From Candidatus Eiseniibacteriota bacterium (GTDB lineage: Bacteria; Eisenbacteria; RBG-16-71-46): DNA of 64,000 nucleotides. The notes under the pieces were generated by a model. It searched no databases and was not told the origin of the DNA. It was given only the letters and a program-made list of their open reading frames with translations. The DNA is taken from the NCBI GenBank assembly GCA_041483195.1, contig JBGPFC010000004.1:96001-160000 (forward strand). Direction: 5' to 3'. The translations under genes were made by a program, and so were the position numbers. Below, piece by piece: positions 28,179 through 39,577 of this stretch; position 1 is the stretch's first letter, and the number at the start of each line of letters is the position of its first letter.

Positions 28179-28937
28179 CTAGCGGTAGCGCGCCTTCAGG
28201 GCGCCGAACGTGAGGGGAATGGTGGGCGTCGCGCCGAACGCCGTCACCTCGAATACGAAATCGTTGAAGTCGTTGTCGGTCGGAGTGCAGCAGGGCGCGG
28301 GATTCGCGCCGGTGTCGAGATCCTCGAAGCACACCAGCCACGTGTTGGGGGAGGTCCAGCGCGAGATGTCGAACACCAGCGCCTCGACATCCCCGTCGAA
28401 CGGGGCATGCACCGCGCCGCTTCCGTCGGGACCGCGATCGTTATATAGGCGGTTGGTGAAGAACTTCTCCGGCTCGGGAGCATTGATCGCGTCCCCGGGA
28501 CCGTTCGGATTCATGTAGAACCCGAACCGGGTCATGGTGTGCGGAAAGATGACCACTCGAGTCGTGCCGCTGCCGGCTGGGCCGTCGAACACCACCCCGT
28601 CGTCCACTCCATCGATCACCGGCGGATGGCCGTTCTCGAGATACCAGCCCACCACGTTCCGATTCGCGTTGCCCGCGATCTCCCGCAGCAGCAGCGCGGA
28701 AAACTGGTTGTCCACCCAGAACCAGGGATCGGGGTCCCCGGGGTGCGCCCCGATGTAGTCGTGAGCGACGTCGATCCTTCCGGGGCCGTAGACCGAATCG
28801 ACGATCTTCTGCAGGGTGTTGGTGGGCCCGTCCCAGCTTTGTCCGAAGACCACCGGGACGATTGCGTGGGCGGGAGTCGTCAGGCAGGCCGTCGCGGCAA
28901 CGGACAGCATGACGAAGGTTCTCGCGCAATTCCTCAT
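28179..28937 (-). CDS. Secreted hypothetical protein with a DUF4114-like C-terminal region and terminal TFGALKARYR motif
   Basis: Signal peptide (MRNCARTFVMLSVAATACLTTPAHA); CFEDL...DNDFNDFVFEV motif; GGAGAG upstream of the ATG. Confidence 0.7.
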   Translation of the reverse strand: MRNCARTFVMLSVAATACLTTPAHAIVPVVFGQSWDGPTNTLQKIVDSVYGPGRIDVAHDYIGAHPGDPDPWFWVDNQFSALLLREIAGNANRNVVGWYLENGHPPVIDGVDDGVVFDGPAGSGTTRVVIFPHTMTRFGFYMNPNGPGDAINAPEPEKFFTNRLYNDRGPDGSGAVHAPFDGDVEALVFDISRWTSPNTWLVCFEDLDTGANPAPCCTPTDNDFNDFVFEVTAFGATPTIPLTFGALKARYR

Positions 28938-29069
28938 GGGAACGCTCTCCGGTGGTGCAGCGCAATAGCTGTCTTGTCTCGGAGGGGACCTCACGGGATT
29001 GGCGCCCCGCAGGTTCCGCGCCCAGGAGGGGGGTACAAAGGGCGGGCGCAGAAGTCCGAATGCGCGAAA

Positions 29070-29099
29070 ATTCTACCAGTGCGGATTGCCGAATGACAA
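29070..29099 (-). promoter_or_regulatory. Putative promoter of the secreted protein gene (TTGTCA-18-TAGAAT, extended TG)
   Basis: Near-consensus hexamers in an AT-richer intergenic stretch. Confidence 0.6.
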
Positions 29100-29195
29100 G
29101 CGGATTTCAAGTCGAACCGGGGCGGGCGCGACGCGCCCCGGCCCCGAATGCGGTTCGCATTGCGAATCGCACGGTGGGTACCCGAAAGGTCACCC

Positions 29196-30593
29196 CTAGA
29201 TCTGGATGGAGCGGCCGGCCACGGCGAGCGCGGCCTCCTTGACGGCTTCGGGCAGCGTCGGGTGGGCGTGCACGGTGCGCGCGAGGTCCTCGGCGCTCGC
29301 GCCGAGCTCCATGGCCAGCACCAGCTCGGCGATGAGATCGCTCGCCCGCGGCCCCAGGATGTGGGCCCCCAGCACGCGATCGGTGCGGGCGTCGGCCACG
29401 ATCTTGACCTGCCCCTCGCGCTCGTTCATGGCCCGGGCCCGGCCGTTCGCCAGGAATGGAAACGTGCCGATCTTCACCTCTTCGCCCCGCACTCTGGCCT
29501 CTTCTTCGGACAGTCCGACGCTCGCGAGCTCCGGCCACGTGTACACGACGTTCGGAATGCACTCGTACGCGACGTGGCCCGCCTGCCCGGCCATCCGCTC
29601 CGCGGCCGCGATCCCCTCCTCCTCCGCCTTGTGCGCCAGCATCGGCCCGGGAATGACGTCGCCGATCGCGAAGATCCCGGGCACGGCGCTCCGATAGTCG
29701 CGGTCCACGACGATGCGGCCGCGCTCGTCGAAGCGGACGCCGGCGGCCTCCGCCCCCAGTCCCTCCGCGTACGGACGGCGGCCCACCGCGACCAGCAGCA
29801 CGTCGCAGGTCTCATCGCGCGCCGCGTCCCCGGAGCGCAGCGTGACCACGACGCGGTCGCCTTCGACGCGAGCGCCCTCCGCCGATGTGCCGAATCCGAA
29901 GCGGATCCCCTGGCGCTCCAGCGAGCGCTGCAGCAGCCGCCCGCTCTGCCGGTCCATCCCGGGCACCACGCCATCCATGAATTCATATACGGTGACGTCG
30001 CTGCCGAGCCGCCGCCACACCGAGCCGAGCTCGAGCCCGATCGCTCCCGCCCCGATCACGATCAACCGCTTCGGCACCTCGGGGAGCGCGAGCGCGTCGG
30101 TCGAGTGCACGATGCGCCGGCCGTCGAACGCGATGCCGGGCAGCGCAGCGGGCTTGCTGCCGGTCGCGATCAGGATGCGCGGCGCCCGCAGCGTCTGCCG
30201 CGCGTCGCCGCTCGCCACCTCGACCTCGCCGGGAGACACGATGCGGGCCGTGCCGCTCACCCGCTCGACCTTGTTCTTGCGGAACAGCCCTTCGACGCCG
30301 CGCGTGAGATCGCGCACCACGCCATCCTTGCGCTTCATCATGGCCGCGAGGTCGAGCTTCACCGTGGCAATCACGCCGTGCGCCGCCAGCCCCTCGCGCG
30401 CGTGCGCGTAGTGCTCGCTCGAATCGAGCAGCGCCTTGCTGGGAATGCACCCGACGTTGAGGCAGGTGCCCCCCAGCGACGGGTACTTCTCCACGCACGC
30501 GGTCCTCATCCCGAGCTGCGCTGCGCGAATCGCGGCGACGTAGCCCCCGGGGCCGGAGCCGATCACGATCAGGTCGAATCCCGGTTCGCTCAC
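29196..30593 (-). CDS. lpdA: Dihydrolipoyl dehydrogenase (E3)
   Basis: GSGPGGYVAA, GGTCLNVGCIPSK, GAGAIGLE and HAHPTLPEA. Confidence 0.97.
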   Translation of the reverse strand: MSEPGFDLIVIGSGPGGYVAAIRAAQLGMRTACVEKYPSLGGTCLNVGCIPSKALLDSSEHYAHAREGLAAHGVIATVKLDLAAMMKRKDGVVRDLTRGVEGLFRKNKVERVSGTARIVSPGEVEVASGDARQTLRAPRILIATGSKPAALPGIAFDGRRIVHSTDALALPEVPKRLIVIGAGAIGLELGSVWRRLGSDVTVYEFMDGVVPGMDRQSGRLLQRSLERQGIRFGFGTSAEGARVEGDRVVVTLRSGDAARDETCDVLLVAVGRRPYAEGLGAEAAGVRFDERGRIVVDRDYRSAVPGIFAIGDVIPGPMLAHKAEEEGIAAAERMAGQAGHVAYECIPNVVYTWPELASVGLSEEEARVRGEEVKIGTFPFLANGRARAMNEREGQVKIVADARTDRVLGAHILGPRASDLIAELVLAMELGASAEDLARTVHAHPTLPEAVKEAALAVAGRSIQI

Positions 30594-30614
30594 GAAGCGC
30601 CTCCGCCGGGGGCG

Positions 30615-31877
30615 CTACACATCGAGCAGCATGCGCTCGGGGTCCTCGAGGCGCTCCTTCACGTGCACCACGAAACTCACCGCCTGCTCGCCGTCCACGA
30701 GGCGGTGGTCGTAGGAGAGCGCGAGGTACATCATCGGTCGAATCGCCACCTGATCGTCGATCGCGATCGGGCGCTTCTCGATCTTGTGCATGCCCAGGAT
30801 CCCGCTCTGCGGCGGGTTCAGGATCGGGGTGGAGAGCAAGGAACCGTAGACGCCGCCGTTCGAAACGGTGAACGTGCCCCCGGACAGCTCCTGGATGGTG
30901 AGGGTCCCTTCGCGTCCGCGCTCCGCGAGCCGCGCGATCTCGCGCTCGATCCCGGCGAAGCTCATGCGATCCGCATCGCGCACCACCGGCACCACCAGTC
31001 CGCGTCCGGTCTGCACCGCGATGCCCATGTGGACCCGCCTGCGGTAGACGATGTCGCTTCCGCGAATCTCGGCGTTGAGCTCCGGGACCTCGGCGAGCCC
31101 GAGGACGGCCGCGCGCGTGAAGAAGCTCATGAAGCCGAGCCGCACGCCGTGGCGCTTCTCGAAGCTCTCGCGGTAGCGGGCCCGGAGCGCGAGCACCGCG
31201 CTCATGTCGACTTCGTTGAAGGTCGTCAGCGTGGCCGTGGTCTGCTGCGAGCGCACCAGCCGCTCCGCGATGCGGGCACGGATGCGGCTCATCGGCACCA
31301 CGCGCTCGTCGTCCGCCGCCTGCTCCGGGGCGGCGGGCGATTCGGGCACCGGGGCTGCGGGAGGCTCCGCCCCGGACGCGTCGGGGCCGGCGGATGCCGC
31401 ACGCTCCGCCGCGGCCGGCGCGGAAGCCTCCGCCCCGCCGGACGCGCCGCGCTCGAGATGCTGGAGCACGTCCTCCTTCAACAGGCGCCCGCCCTTTCCG
31501 CTCGCGGGGATGCTCGCCGGATCGAGATGGTGCTCCTCGACCAGCCGCCGCACGGCGGGGCTGAGCGCCGGCGCATCCCGCGCCGTGCCCTCGCCGTTTC
31601 CGGCGGGCGCCTCGACCGGAGGGGCGGGTGACGGTCCCGCCGACGCCGCGTCGATGCGCGCGAGCAGGTCGCCCACCACGACGCGGTCGCCGGGCTGGCG
31701 CGCGTGACGCAGCACGCCGGCTCCCGGAGATGCGAGCTCCATCGCGGCCTTGTCGGTCTCGAGCATCGCCACCGGCTCGTCCGCGCGCACCGCGGCGCCG
31801 TCGGGCTTCAGCCACTCGACCAGCACCGCGTCCGAGATCGACTCCGCGAGCCGCGGCACCGTGAGCTCGAGGCTCAA
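30615..31877 (-). CDS. sucB: 2-oxoglutarate dehydrogenase E2, dihydrolipoamide succinyltransferase
   Basis: Lipoyl domain LETDKA, E3-binding SPAVRRL...SGKGGRL and catalytic [11 protein letters not shown] start overlaps the sucA stop (TTGA). Confidence 0.95.
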   Translation of the reverse strand: MSLELTVPRLAESISDAVLVEWLKPDGAAVRADEPVAMLETDKAAMELASPGAGVLRHARQPGDRVVVGDLLARIDAASAGPSPAPPVEAPAGNGEGTARDAPALSPAVRRLVEEHHLDPASIPASGKGGRLLKEDVLQHLERGASGGAEASAPAAAERAASAGPDASGAEPPAAPVPESPAAPEQAADDERVVPMSRIRARIAERLVRSQQTTATLTTFNEVDMSAVLALRARYRESFEKRHGVRLGFMSFFTRAAVLGLAEVPELNAEIRGSDIVYRRRVHMGIAVQTGRGLVVPVVRDADRMSFAGIEREIARLAERGREGTLTIQELSGGTFTVSNGGVYGSLLSTPILNPPQSGILGMHKIEKRPIAIDDQVAIRPMMYLALSYDHRLVDGEQAVSFVVHVKERLEDPERMLLDV

Positions 31878-34663
31878 GTTGCGCCTCCCACGCGCCGCGC
31901 GCGGAGCGGCGCGTCTCCCGCCAGGCGCTCGACGATCCTCGGATCGGGCGCCGCGAACGCGGCCTCGAGCAGCGCCTGTTCCTGGTCGACGTGCATCTGG
32001 TAGTAGCCGGTGGCCGGCGTCGGCGCCTCGTCGCGGGAGATTCGGAGCAGGCGCGCGCCATCGGGCACGACGGCTTCGAGGCGATGCCGGATGTTGCGCC
32101 ACGCCCCCATGTTCTCGGGCTCTTCCTGCACCCAGCGGAGGTCGCGCGCGCGCGGGAATCTCCGGCACACCCCCGCCAGCTCCGCGCGCGGGAACGGATA
32201 CAGCTGCTCGATCCGCACCACCGCCACGTCCGGCCGCTCGAGCTTCTCGCGGGCCTCGATCAGCGTGTAGTAGAACTTGCCGGAGGTGAGCAGCACGCTG
32301 GTGACCGCGCGCGGGTCCGCGATCGAGAGGTCGTCGATCACGGTCCGGAACGAGGCCGATGTGAAGTCGCGAACCGGCGAGACCGCCAGCTTGTGCCGGA
32401 GCAGGCTCTTCGGGCTCATGATCACGAGCGGCTTGCGAAACTTGCGGTGAAGTTGCCGCCGCAGCGCGTGGAAGAGCTGGGCGGGCGTGGTCAGGTTGCA
32501 CACCTGCATGTTGCCGTTCGCGCACAGCGCGAGGAAGCGCTCGAGACGCGCGCTCGAATGCTCCGGCCCCTGCCCCTCGTAGCCATGCGGCAGCAGCAGC
32601 GTGAGCCCCGACATGCGCCGCCACTTCGATTCGCCGCTCGCGAGGAACTGATCGATCGTGACCTGCGCGACGTTCGCGAAGTCCCCGAACTGCGCCTCCC
32701 ACATCACCAGCGCGTGCGGCTCGGCGGTCGAATAGCCGTACTCGAAGCCCAGCACCGCCGCCTCCGAGAGCATGGTGTCGATCACGTCGAACCGCCCCTG
32801 ATCGGGGGCGAGATGCTGGAGCGGGACCCAGCGCCGCCCGTCCGCAGCGTCGCTCAGCACCGCGTGCCGGTGGCTGAAGGTGCCGCGGCCCGTGTCCTGT
32901 CCGGTGAGGCGCACCGGGTGGCCCTCGAGCAGCAGCGATCCGAGCGCGAGCATCTCGCCGCATCCCCAGTCGATGCGGTCCTGTTCGATCATCGCGATCC
33001 GATCCATCATGAGCTTCGCGGCGCGCGGGTGCGCCTGGAACCCGGGGGGCAGCGCGGCCGCGCCGCGCGCGATCCGCTCCAGCATCTCACGCGCGACCGC
33101 CGTGTCCGCGCTCCAGTCCTCGCCCGCCCACTCGAGGCCGCTCCACGCCCCGCCCAGCCTGGGCTCCCCGTTCGGACCGGCCTGCGCGCGCGCCCGGGCG
33201 TGGGCGTCCCGCAGGTGGCGCTCGACCTCGGCCTCGAGCGCCTCGTAGCGCGAGCGGTCGAGCACGCCCTCCTCGATCAGCCGCTCGGCGTAGCGCTGCG
33301 CGGCGGGGCGGTGCGCGGCGATCGTGCGGTACATGACGGGCTGGGTGAAGGTCGGGTCGTCGAGCTCGTTGTGCCCGTGCTTGCGGTAGCACACCAGGTC
33401 GATGAACACGTCGCGCTTGAAGGTGGCGCGGTACGCGACCGCGATCCGCACGGCGTGCACCACCGCCTCGGGATCGTCCCCGTTCACGTGGAATACCGGG
33501 GCATCCTCCACGCGCGCGACGTCGGTCACGTAGCGCGTTCCGCGTCCGTCCTCCGGCGAGGTGGTGAAGCCCACCTGATTGTTCACGATCACGTGGATGG
33601 TCCCGCCGGTCTTGTACGGCTCGAGCTGCGCGAGCGCGAGCGTCTCGGGCACGATCCCCTCGCCGGTGAACGCCGCGTCTCCGTGGATCAACACCGGCAC
33701 TCCGCGGCTGCGCTCGGGATCGCCCATGACCTCCTGGCGCGCGCGCATCGAGCCGAGCACCACCGGATTCACAAACTCGAGGTGGCTGGGATTGAAGTTG
33801 AGGTCGAGGTGCACCGCGGGGCCGGCCAGGGTCTGGTGGAGGGACGAATACCCCATGTGGTACTTCACGTCGCCGTGACCCTGCACCGCCTCGGGAAGGA
33901 AGTTGGACTCAAATTCATTGAAGATGAGCTCGAGCGGCTTCTTCATGAGATTCGCGAGCACGTTGATCCGCCCGCGGTGCGGCATCCCGATCACCACCTG
34001 CTCCACGCCGATCTCCGCCACCGCCTCGACCAGCGCGTCGAGCATCGGGTAGAGGCTCGCCGCCCCTTCGAGCGAGAAGCGCTTCTGCCCCGGGTAGCGC
34101 GCGTGCAGGAATTCCTCGAAGCGGTCCGCCGCGAGCAGCTGCCGCAGGATGCGCACGCGCTCCTCGGGCTCGAGCGCCGCGCGGTTGAAGCCGGGCTCCA
34201 TGCGCTCCTGAAGCCAGTCCCGGCGCTCCTGATCCGTCAGGTTCATGTACTCGACGCCGATCGACGCGCAGTAGGTCGCGCGCAGCGCGGCGAGCAGGTC
34301 GCGCAGGGTGCCGCGGAACGCCGCCTTGAACGGCACTCCGGAGACCTCGCGGTCGAGATCGTCGGCGTGGAATCCGAAGGTGGCCGGATCGAGCAGCGCG
34401 AGCGCGTGGGGCTCCTCGCCGAGCGGGTCGGTGTGCGCCGCCAGATGCCCGAACACGCGGAAGTGCTGGACCAGCCCGAACACCTCGCCGGTGGGCTGGC
34501 CGGGAACCGACGGCGTCGCGGCGCGGGAGCCGGCCAGCTCGAAGCCCGCGAAGAACAGCGCCCATTCCTCTGGCACCGAGGCCGGGTCCTGACGGAAGCG
34601 CGCGTACTGCTCCTCGATGTAAGGCAGGTTCGCGCGTTGGATGAAGTCGAGCCGGATCGACAT
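31874..34663 (-). CDS. sucA: 2-oxoglutarate dehydrogenase E1
   Basis: KRFSLEG, GMPHRGR.NVL, GDVKYH, NPSHLE, HGDAAF.GEG and [17 protein letters not shown]. Confidence 0.97.
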   Translation of the reverse strand: MSIRLDFIQRANLPYIEEQYARFRQDPASVPEEWALFFAGFELAGSRAATPSVPGQPTGEVFGLVQHFRVFGHLAAHTDPLGEEPHALALLDPATFGFHADDLDREVSGVPFKAAFRGTLRDLLAALRATYCASIGVEYMNLTDQERRDWLQERMEPGFNRAALEPEERVRILRQLLAADRFEEFLHARYPGQKRFSLEGAASLYPMLDALVEAVAEIGVEQVVIGMPHRGRINVLANLMKKPLELIFNEFESNFLPEAVQGHGDVKYHMGYSSLHQTLAGPAVHLDLNFNPSHLEFVNPVVLGSMRARQEVMGDPERSRGVPVLIHGDAAFTGEGIVPETLALAQLEPYKTGGTIHVIVNNQVGFTTSPEDGRGTRYVTDVARVEDAPVFHVNGDDPEAVVHAVRIAVAYRATFKRDVFIDLVCYRKHGHNELDDPTFTQPVMYRTIAAHRPAAQRYAERLIEEGVLDRSRYEALEAEVERHLRDAHARARAQAGPNGEPRLGGAWSGLEWAGEDWSADTAVAREMLERIARGAAALPPGFQAHPRAAKLMMDRIAMIEQDRIDWGCGEMLALGSLLLEGHPVRLTGQDTGRGTFSHRHAVLSDAADGRRWVPLQHLAPDQGRFDVIDTMLSEAAVLGFEYGYSTAEPHALVMWEAQFGDFANVAQVTIDQFLASGESKWRRMSGLTLLLPHGYEGQGPEHSSARLERFLALCANGNMQVCNLTTPAQLFHALRRQLHRKFRKPLVIMSPKSLLRHKLAVSPVRDFTSASFRTVIDDLSIADPRAVTSVLLTSGKFYYTLIEAREKLERPDVAVVRIEQLYPFPRAELAGVCRRFPRARDLRWVQEEPENMGAWRNIRHRLEAVVPDGARLLRISRDEAPTPATGYYQMHVDQEQALLEAAFAAPDPRIVERLAGDAPLRARRVGGAT

Positions 34664-34841
34664 CGGGTCCCTTCCGAAGAGGCGTCGCCTGCGCGGGCTC
34701 GAGGCCCGGGGCGAGAGGTGCTAAGCGTTTGCCGGGCGCGGAGGTTAGCACGAAACCGGGCGCCATGCGCGGCGCCGGAGCGGCCGGCGCGCCTTCGCGT
34801 TTGCGCTCGTCCGCCGCCGCTCCGTAATCTTCGGCACCTCC

Positions 34842-35792
34842 ATGCCCGAACTTGTGAAGCCCCCGCCCGACACCGGCCCCGCGCTCCTCTGCCGCGGCGT
34901 GGTCAAGCGCTACGCCGACGTCACAGCGGTCGACGGACTCGACCTCGAGGTCCGTCCCGGCGAGTGCTTCGGCCTGCTCGGCCCCAACGGCGCGGGCAAG
35001 ACCACCACCATCGAGATCCTCGAGGGCCTCAACACCCCGGATCGCGGCGAGGTGCGCGTGCTCGGCCAGCGCTGGGGTGGCGGCGATCGCGCGCTGCGCG
35101 AGCGTCTCGGCATTCAGCTCCAGGAGGCGAAATTCCAGGACAAGCTCTCGGTGCTCGAGACGGTGCGGCTGTTTCGGAGCTTCTATCGCCGCGGTCCCGA
35201 GCCCGAATCCGTGATTCGCGCGGTCCAGCTCGATGAGAAGCGCAACGCCTGGGTGGTGAAGTTGTCTGGCGGTCAGCGCCAGCGCCTCTCGCTCGCCTGC
35301 GCGCTCGTGAACGAGCCCGAGGTGCTGTTCCTCGACGAGCCCACCACCGGCCTCGATCCGCAGTCGCGCCGCCAGGTCTGGGACCTGATCGACGATTTTC
35401 GCCGCCGGGGCGGCACCACGCTCCTGACCACGCACTACATGGACGAGGCGCAGCGGCTGTGCGATCGGGTCGCGATCATGGATCATGGCCGCATCATCGC
35501 GCTCGACACGCCGGCCGGGCTGATCGCGACGCTCGGCGCGGACCACGTGGTCGAATTCAGCGTGCATGGGGAGCTCGATCTCGAGATCGTCGCGGGGCTT
35601 CCCGGGGTGAGTCACGCGCGGCGCGAGGCGGGCGGGGTCGCGCTGATCGTGAAGGAGCCGCACGTCTCGATCCCGGCGCTGCTCGCGACGCTGGCGTCAC
35701 GCGGCGCCACGCTCCAGAGCCTCACCACCCATCACGCGACGCTGGAGGACGTGTTCGTGAGCCTGACCGGCCGCACGCTGCGCGATGAGTAG
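34842..35792 (+). CDS. ABC-2 type exporter ATP-binding protein
   Basis: GPNGAGKTT, LSGGQRQR, LDEPTTGLD and TTHYMDEA. Confidence 0.93.
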   Translation: MPELVKPPPDTGPALLCRGVVKRYADVTAVDGLDLEVRPGECFGLLGPNGAGKTTTIEILEGLNTPDRGEVRVLGQRWGGGDRALRERLGIQLQEAKFQDKLSVLETVRLFRSFYRRGPEPESVIRAVQLDEKRNAWVVKLSGGQRQRLSLACALVNEPEVLFLDEPTTGLDPQSRRQVWDLIDDFRRRGGTTLLTTHYMDEAQRLCDRVAIMDHGRIIALDTPAGLIATLGADHVVEFSVHGELDLEIVAGLPGVSHARREAGGVALIVKEPHVSIPALLATLASRGATLQSLTTHHATLEDVFVSLTGRTLRDE

Positions 35793-36834
35793 CGCGCTCG
35801 CGAAGAACGCGCTCTGGCAGCTCACGCGCGCGCGGGTCGTCTCGTTCCTGCGCGAGCCCGAGGTGGCGTTCTGGGTGTTCGCCTTCCCGGTGCTCATGAC
35901 GCTGGCGCTCGGCATCGCGTTCCGAAGCGGTGGCCCCGCGAAATCGCGGGTCGGGGTCGAGGACGGGCCGCGGGCGGAGGCGCTCGCGGCGGCGCTGGCG
36001 CGCTCGAGCGATCTCGAGATCGTGCGGGTCGCGCCCCATGACGCGGTGGGCGCGCTCAGGCGCGGACGCATCGCGGTGCTGGTGCGCGCGAGCGCGGACA
36101 GCGCGCCGGCGCTGATCGCGGATCCGACCCGCCCCGAGACGCGGCTCGCGCAGCTCGCGACCGCGGATGCGCTGGAACGCGCGGCGGGCCGCGCCGACCG
36201 GGTGGGCGCGCGCGCGATCGCGCTGGTGCGGCCCGGCAGCCGCTACATCGACTTCCTCGTCCCGGGCCTGATCGGGCTCAACCTGCTCAGCACCGGGCTG
36301 TGGGGGCTCGGCTTTCCGATCGCGAACTGGCGGCAGCAGAAATTGCTGCGGCGCCTGATCGCCACGCCCATGAAGCGCAGCGACTTCCTGTTCTCGCTCA
36401 TGCTCGCGCGCATGGTGTGGCTGGTGCTGGAGGTCGCCGCGATCCTCGGGTTCGGCGCGCTCGCGTTCGGCACCATCGTGCGCGGCTCGTGGCCGGCGTT
36501 CGCGATCGTCGTGCTGGTCGCGACGCTCGCGTTCTCGGCGATCGGCCTGCTGGTGGCGGTGCGGGCCCGCACCGTCGAGGCGGTCTCCGGTCTCATGAAC
36601 GTCGTGAGCCTGCCGATGTGGCTGCTCTCCGGGAGCTTCTTTTCTTCCGAGCGCTTTCCGGAGGTCATGCAGCCGCTGGTCAGGGCGCTGCCGCTCACCG
36701 CGACCAACGACGCGCTGCGCGCGATCATGAACGAGGGCTCGGGCCTCGGCGCCGTGACCCCGCAACTCCTGGTGCTCGCCGCGTGGGGCGTGGTGTGCTT
36801 CGTCGCGGCGTTGCGCTGGTTCCGCTGGGAGTGA
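35785..36834 (+). CDS. ABC-2 type exporter permease
   Basis: YIDFLVPG, LRRLIATP, six TM helices and an FRWE end; overlaps the ATPase gene. Confidence 0.9.
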   Translation: MSSALAKNALWQLTRARVVSFLREPEVAFWVFAFPVLMTLALGIAFRSGGPAKSRVGVEDGPRAEALAAALARSSDLEIVRVAPHDAVGALRRGRIAVLVRASADSAPALIADPTRPETRLAQLATADALERAAGRADRVGARAIALVRPGSRYIDFLVPGLIGLNLLSTGLWGLGFPIANWRQQKLLRRLIATPMKRSDFLFSLMLARMVWLVLEVAAILGFGALAFGTIVRGSWPAFAIVVLVATLAFSAIGLLVAVRARTVEAVSGLMNVVSLPMWLLSGSFFSSERFPEVMQPLVRALPLTATNDALRAIMNEGSGLGAVTPQLLVLAAWGVVCFVAALRWFRWE

Positions 36835-36880
36835 GCCGGCGCGAACCCGCGGCGCGCGCGGCCCGGGCCGGAGTGCGTGA

Positions 36881-38143
36881 CTAGAGCTTCGCCGCCGCGA
36901 CCCGGAGGTGCGAAGGCTTCCCGGGCTCCGTCCACGCGAAGACGATGCGCGATCCGCTGCGAACGAAGCGCGGGAAGCCGCTCGCGCGCGACGACGACAG
37001 CTGCGCGATCGTGACCGGCAGCCACGGCGTGCCGTCGCGTCCCACGCGCCGCAGCCTGAGGCTCGCGTTCGGCCCATCGCCCTCGACCCAGATCACGAGC
37101 GCCGCGCCGTCGTCGAGCAGCGCGACGTCCACCCGGCCGAGCGGGGCGCCCGCGTCGACGGAGGCCGCGGGTCCGAAGCTGCGCCCTCCGTCCTCCGAGA
37201 ACGCGACCCGCACGCGCGGCGTGTCGGCGGCGGCCGTGTACCACGCCGCGACCACTCGATCCCCGATCGCGTCGAGCGCGGGGCCGTTGACCGGGCATCC
37301 GTGGATCGTCCAGCCGTCGGCATGCACCGGTCGTGGCTCGCTCCAGCGCTCGCCCTCCTCGCGCACCACCGCGACGTCGCGCACCTCGGCGGCGCCGCGA
37401 TCGCGGTAGGCGACGAGCGCGGCGCCCGATGCGCTCGCGATCGCGGTGCCGCAGCAATCGCAGACGCGCGCATCGAGCAGCGCCTCGTCGCTCAACGCTC
37501 CGCCGGGATGGAGCACCGCGGTGCGCAGCGTCATCTCCGCTCCGCCCCCGTGCGCTTCGTCGTGTCCTGCGCCCGCTGCGGAATCGCCGGCAGGCCTCGC
37601 GAAGTTGCGCCCGTCGAGCCACACGGCGCGCACGCCGTCGCCCGCGGGAAGCAGCGAGACGAATCCATGCTCGGTCGCCGTGCCGTCGCGATGCGGAACC
37701 ACCGGCGCCGACCAGCTGCGTCCGTCATCGCTCGAGAGCGCGAGGCGCACCTCGGAGGCTTCGGGATCGGGGCCGCTCGCCCACAGCCACGCCGCCGCGA
37801 GTCGCGTGCCGCCGAGCGCGATCACCTGGGGAACGTTGGCCCAGTTGCCGACCAGCGAATCGCCGTCGGCGACCGTGCGAGGCGGCGACCAGCGGTTGTC
37901 ATCGAGCTTCGCGATGCGGAGCGCACCGCCGCCCGATGTGCGCGGCTCGATCCAGCTCAGCCATGTCGCGCCGCCTTCGCCCGCCGCGAGCCGCGGCGCG
38001 ATGCTCCCCGCGGCCGCGGGCGGGGGCAACGGCTTGAGCGCGGCCTTCGGCGGGCCGGATGGCCGCCCCGCCAATGCCGTCGGGCCGGGTACGAGCGCCA
38101 GCACGCATGCGAGCGCGATCGGCATGAAGCGCGTGCGGATCAT
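36881..38143 (-). CDS. Secreted BNR/Asp-box repeat (sialidase-like fold) protein
   Basis: Signal peptide; Asp-boxes SSDDGRSW and SEDGGRSF; VCDCC and GCPVNGP motifs. Confidence 0.75.
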   Translation of the reverse strand: MIRTRFMPIALACVLALVPGPTALAGRPSGPPKAALKPLPPPAAAGSIAPRLAAGEGGATWLSWIEPRTSGGGALRIAKLDDNRWSPPRTVADGDSLVGNWANVPQVIALGGTRLAAAWLWASGPDPEASEVRLALSSDDGRSWSAPVVPHRDGTATEHGFVSLLPAGDGVRAVWLDGRNFARPAGDSAAGAGHDEAHGGGAEMTLRTAVLHPGGALSDEALLDARVCDCCGTAIASASGAALVAYRDRGAAEVRDVAVVREEGERWSEPRPVHADGWTIHGCPVNGPALDAIGDRVVAAWYTAAADTPRVRVAFSEDGGRSFGPAASVDAGAPLGRVDVALLDDGAALVIWVEGDGPNASLRLRRVGRDGTPWLPVTIAQLSSSRASGFPRFVRSGSRIVFAWTEPGKPSHLRVAAAKL

Positions 38144-38403
38144 GAGCGGTGCAGGCTACGCGATCCGGGGCGGGAGCGCATCCCGGGAACGGCGCCACGG
38201 CGTCTCTCTCGCGCCGGTCCATCTGCCGCCCGCACCACGGACCAGCGCGCGAGGCGCCTGCACCATTGACATCGCTCTACGTGCTGATGAAGATCGGCGC
38301 TGCACGTTGTCCCCCGCGTGGGGGCTCCCGTGGGGGAATCGAGATGTTCGAAGATCCGTGGGGTTCTTCGTCACCTCCGGCGTCGTGCGGGCTCGGAGGC
38401 TGC

Positions 38404-39408
38404 GTGCGTGAGGGCAGCCCGGTCGTCAGTGTCGTGGGCGCTCCAGAGCCGCGGCTGCTTGATCGGCTGCGCGAAGCCATCCGCGTAAGGCACTACAGTC
38501 GCAGGACCGAAAAGGCCTTCGTCGGGTGGGTGAGGCGCTTCGTCCTATTCCACGGCAAGCGCGATCCGCGGGCGATGGGAAAGGCCGAGGTCAGCGCGTT
38601 CCTCTCCCACCTCGCAACCGAGGGTCGCGTGAGCGCCTCTACTCAGAATCAGGCGCCGAGCGCCGTGCTGTTCCTGTACGCACAGGTGCTCAACCAGGAT
38701 ATCGGCTGGCTCGACGAGTTGGTTCGAGCGAAACGCCCCGCCCGCGTACCCGTCGTGATGACCGGGGATGAGGTGCGCTCGGTGCTCGGGCAGCTGGAGG
38801 GCACAGAGCACCTCATGGCCTCCCTGCTCTACGGCGCGGGACTGCGGCTGCTCGAATGCTGCCGGCTGCGGGTGAAGGACGTCGATCTGGAACGCGGCGA
38901 GATCGTGGTGCGCGATGGCAAGGGCGCCCGCGATCGCAGGACCATGCTCCCGGTTCGACTCGTGCCCGCGCTCGCCGCACAGCTCGAGCGCGTGCGGGCC
39001 CAACACGCCCGCGATCTAGCCGCAGGGACCGGCAGCGTTGAACTTCCGCTCGCGCTGGAGCGCAAGTACCCGCGGGCGCCCTACGAGATCGGCTGGCAAT
39101 GGGTGTTCCCGGCGACGCGGTTCTACACGGACGCCGCGAACGGCCGGCGTCAGCGGCACCATCTGCACGAAATCGTGCTCCAGCGCGCCATGCATGGGGC
39201 CGTGCGACGCGCCCGCGTCATGAAGCCGGCCAGCTGCCACACGCTTCGGCACTCGTTCGCGACCCACCTGCTCGAAAGTGGCTACGACATCCGGACGATC
39301 CAGGAACTGCTCGGCCATCGTGATGTAAGCACCACCATGATCTACACGCATGTGCTGAATCGCGGCGGGCGGGGCGTGCGGAGCCCGCTGGACAGGGGTT
39401 TGGGATGA
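38404..39408 (+). CDS. intI: Integron integrase (tyrosine recombinase)
   Basis: [30 protein letters not shown], the IntI-specific patch [37 protein letters not shown] and [14 protein letters not shown]. Start uncertain (GTG 38404 after GGAGG, or ATG 38344). Confidence 0.95.
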   Translation: MREGSPVVSVVGAPEPRLLDRLREAIRVRHYSRRTEKAFVGWVRRFVLFHGKRDPRAMGKAEVSAFLSHLATEGRVSASTQNQAPSAVLFLYAQVLNQDIGWLDELVRAKRPARVPVVMTGDEVRSVLGQLEGTEHLMASLLYGAGLRLLECCRLRVKDVDLERGEIVVRDGKGARDRRTMLPVRLVPALAAQLERVRAQHARDLAAGTGSVELPLALERKYPRAPYEIGWQWVFPATRFYTDAANGRRQRHHLHEIVLQRAMHGAVRRARVMKPASCHTLRHSFATHLLESGYDIRTIQELLGHRDVSTTMIYTHVLNRGGRGVRSPLDRGLG

Positions 39409-39577
39409 CGCGCTGCTCGCGCACGCGCTACACGGCCGCCGGCTCGCAGCGTATCTGCTTATCCCGCGAGCGGCGGAGGTGCAAAGCGTTGCGGCGGAGG
39501 CACAGAGTCGGGAGGCCCGCGACGAACGGCACCATTGGCCAGACGAAGCCCTGCTGCATATTTGGTTACACTGACCC

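Noticed and set aside
38230..38403. LexA (SOS) box upstream of intI
   Set aside because: No CTGT-N8-ACAG or GAAC-N4-GTTC match was seen. Only a possible TTGACA-17-GAAGAT promoter (38266-38294) is present, and the LexA motif of this lineage is unknown to me.
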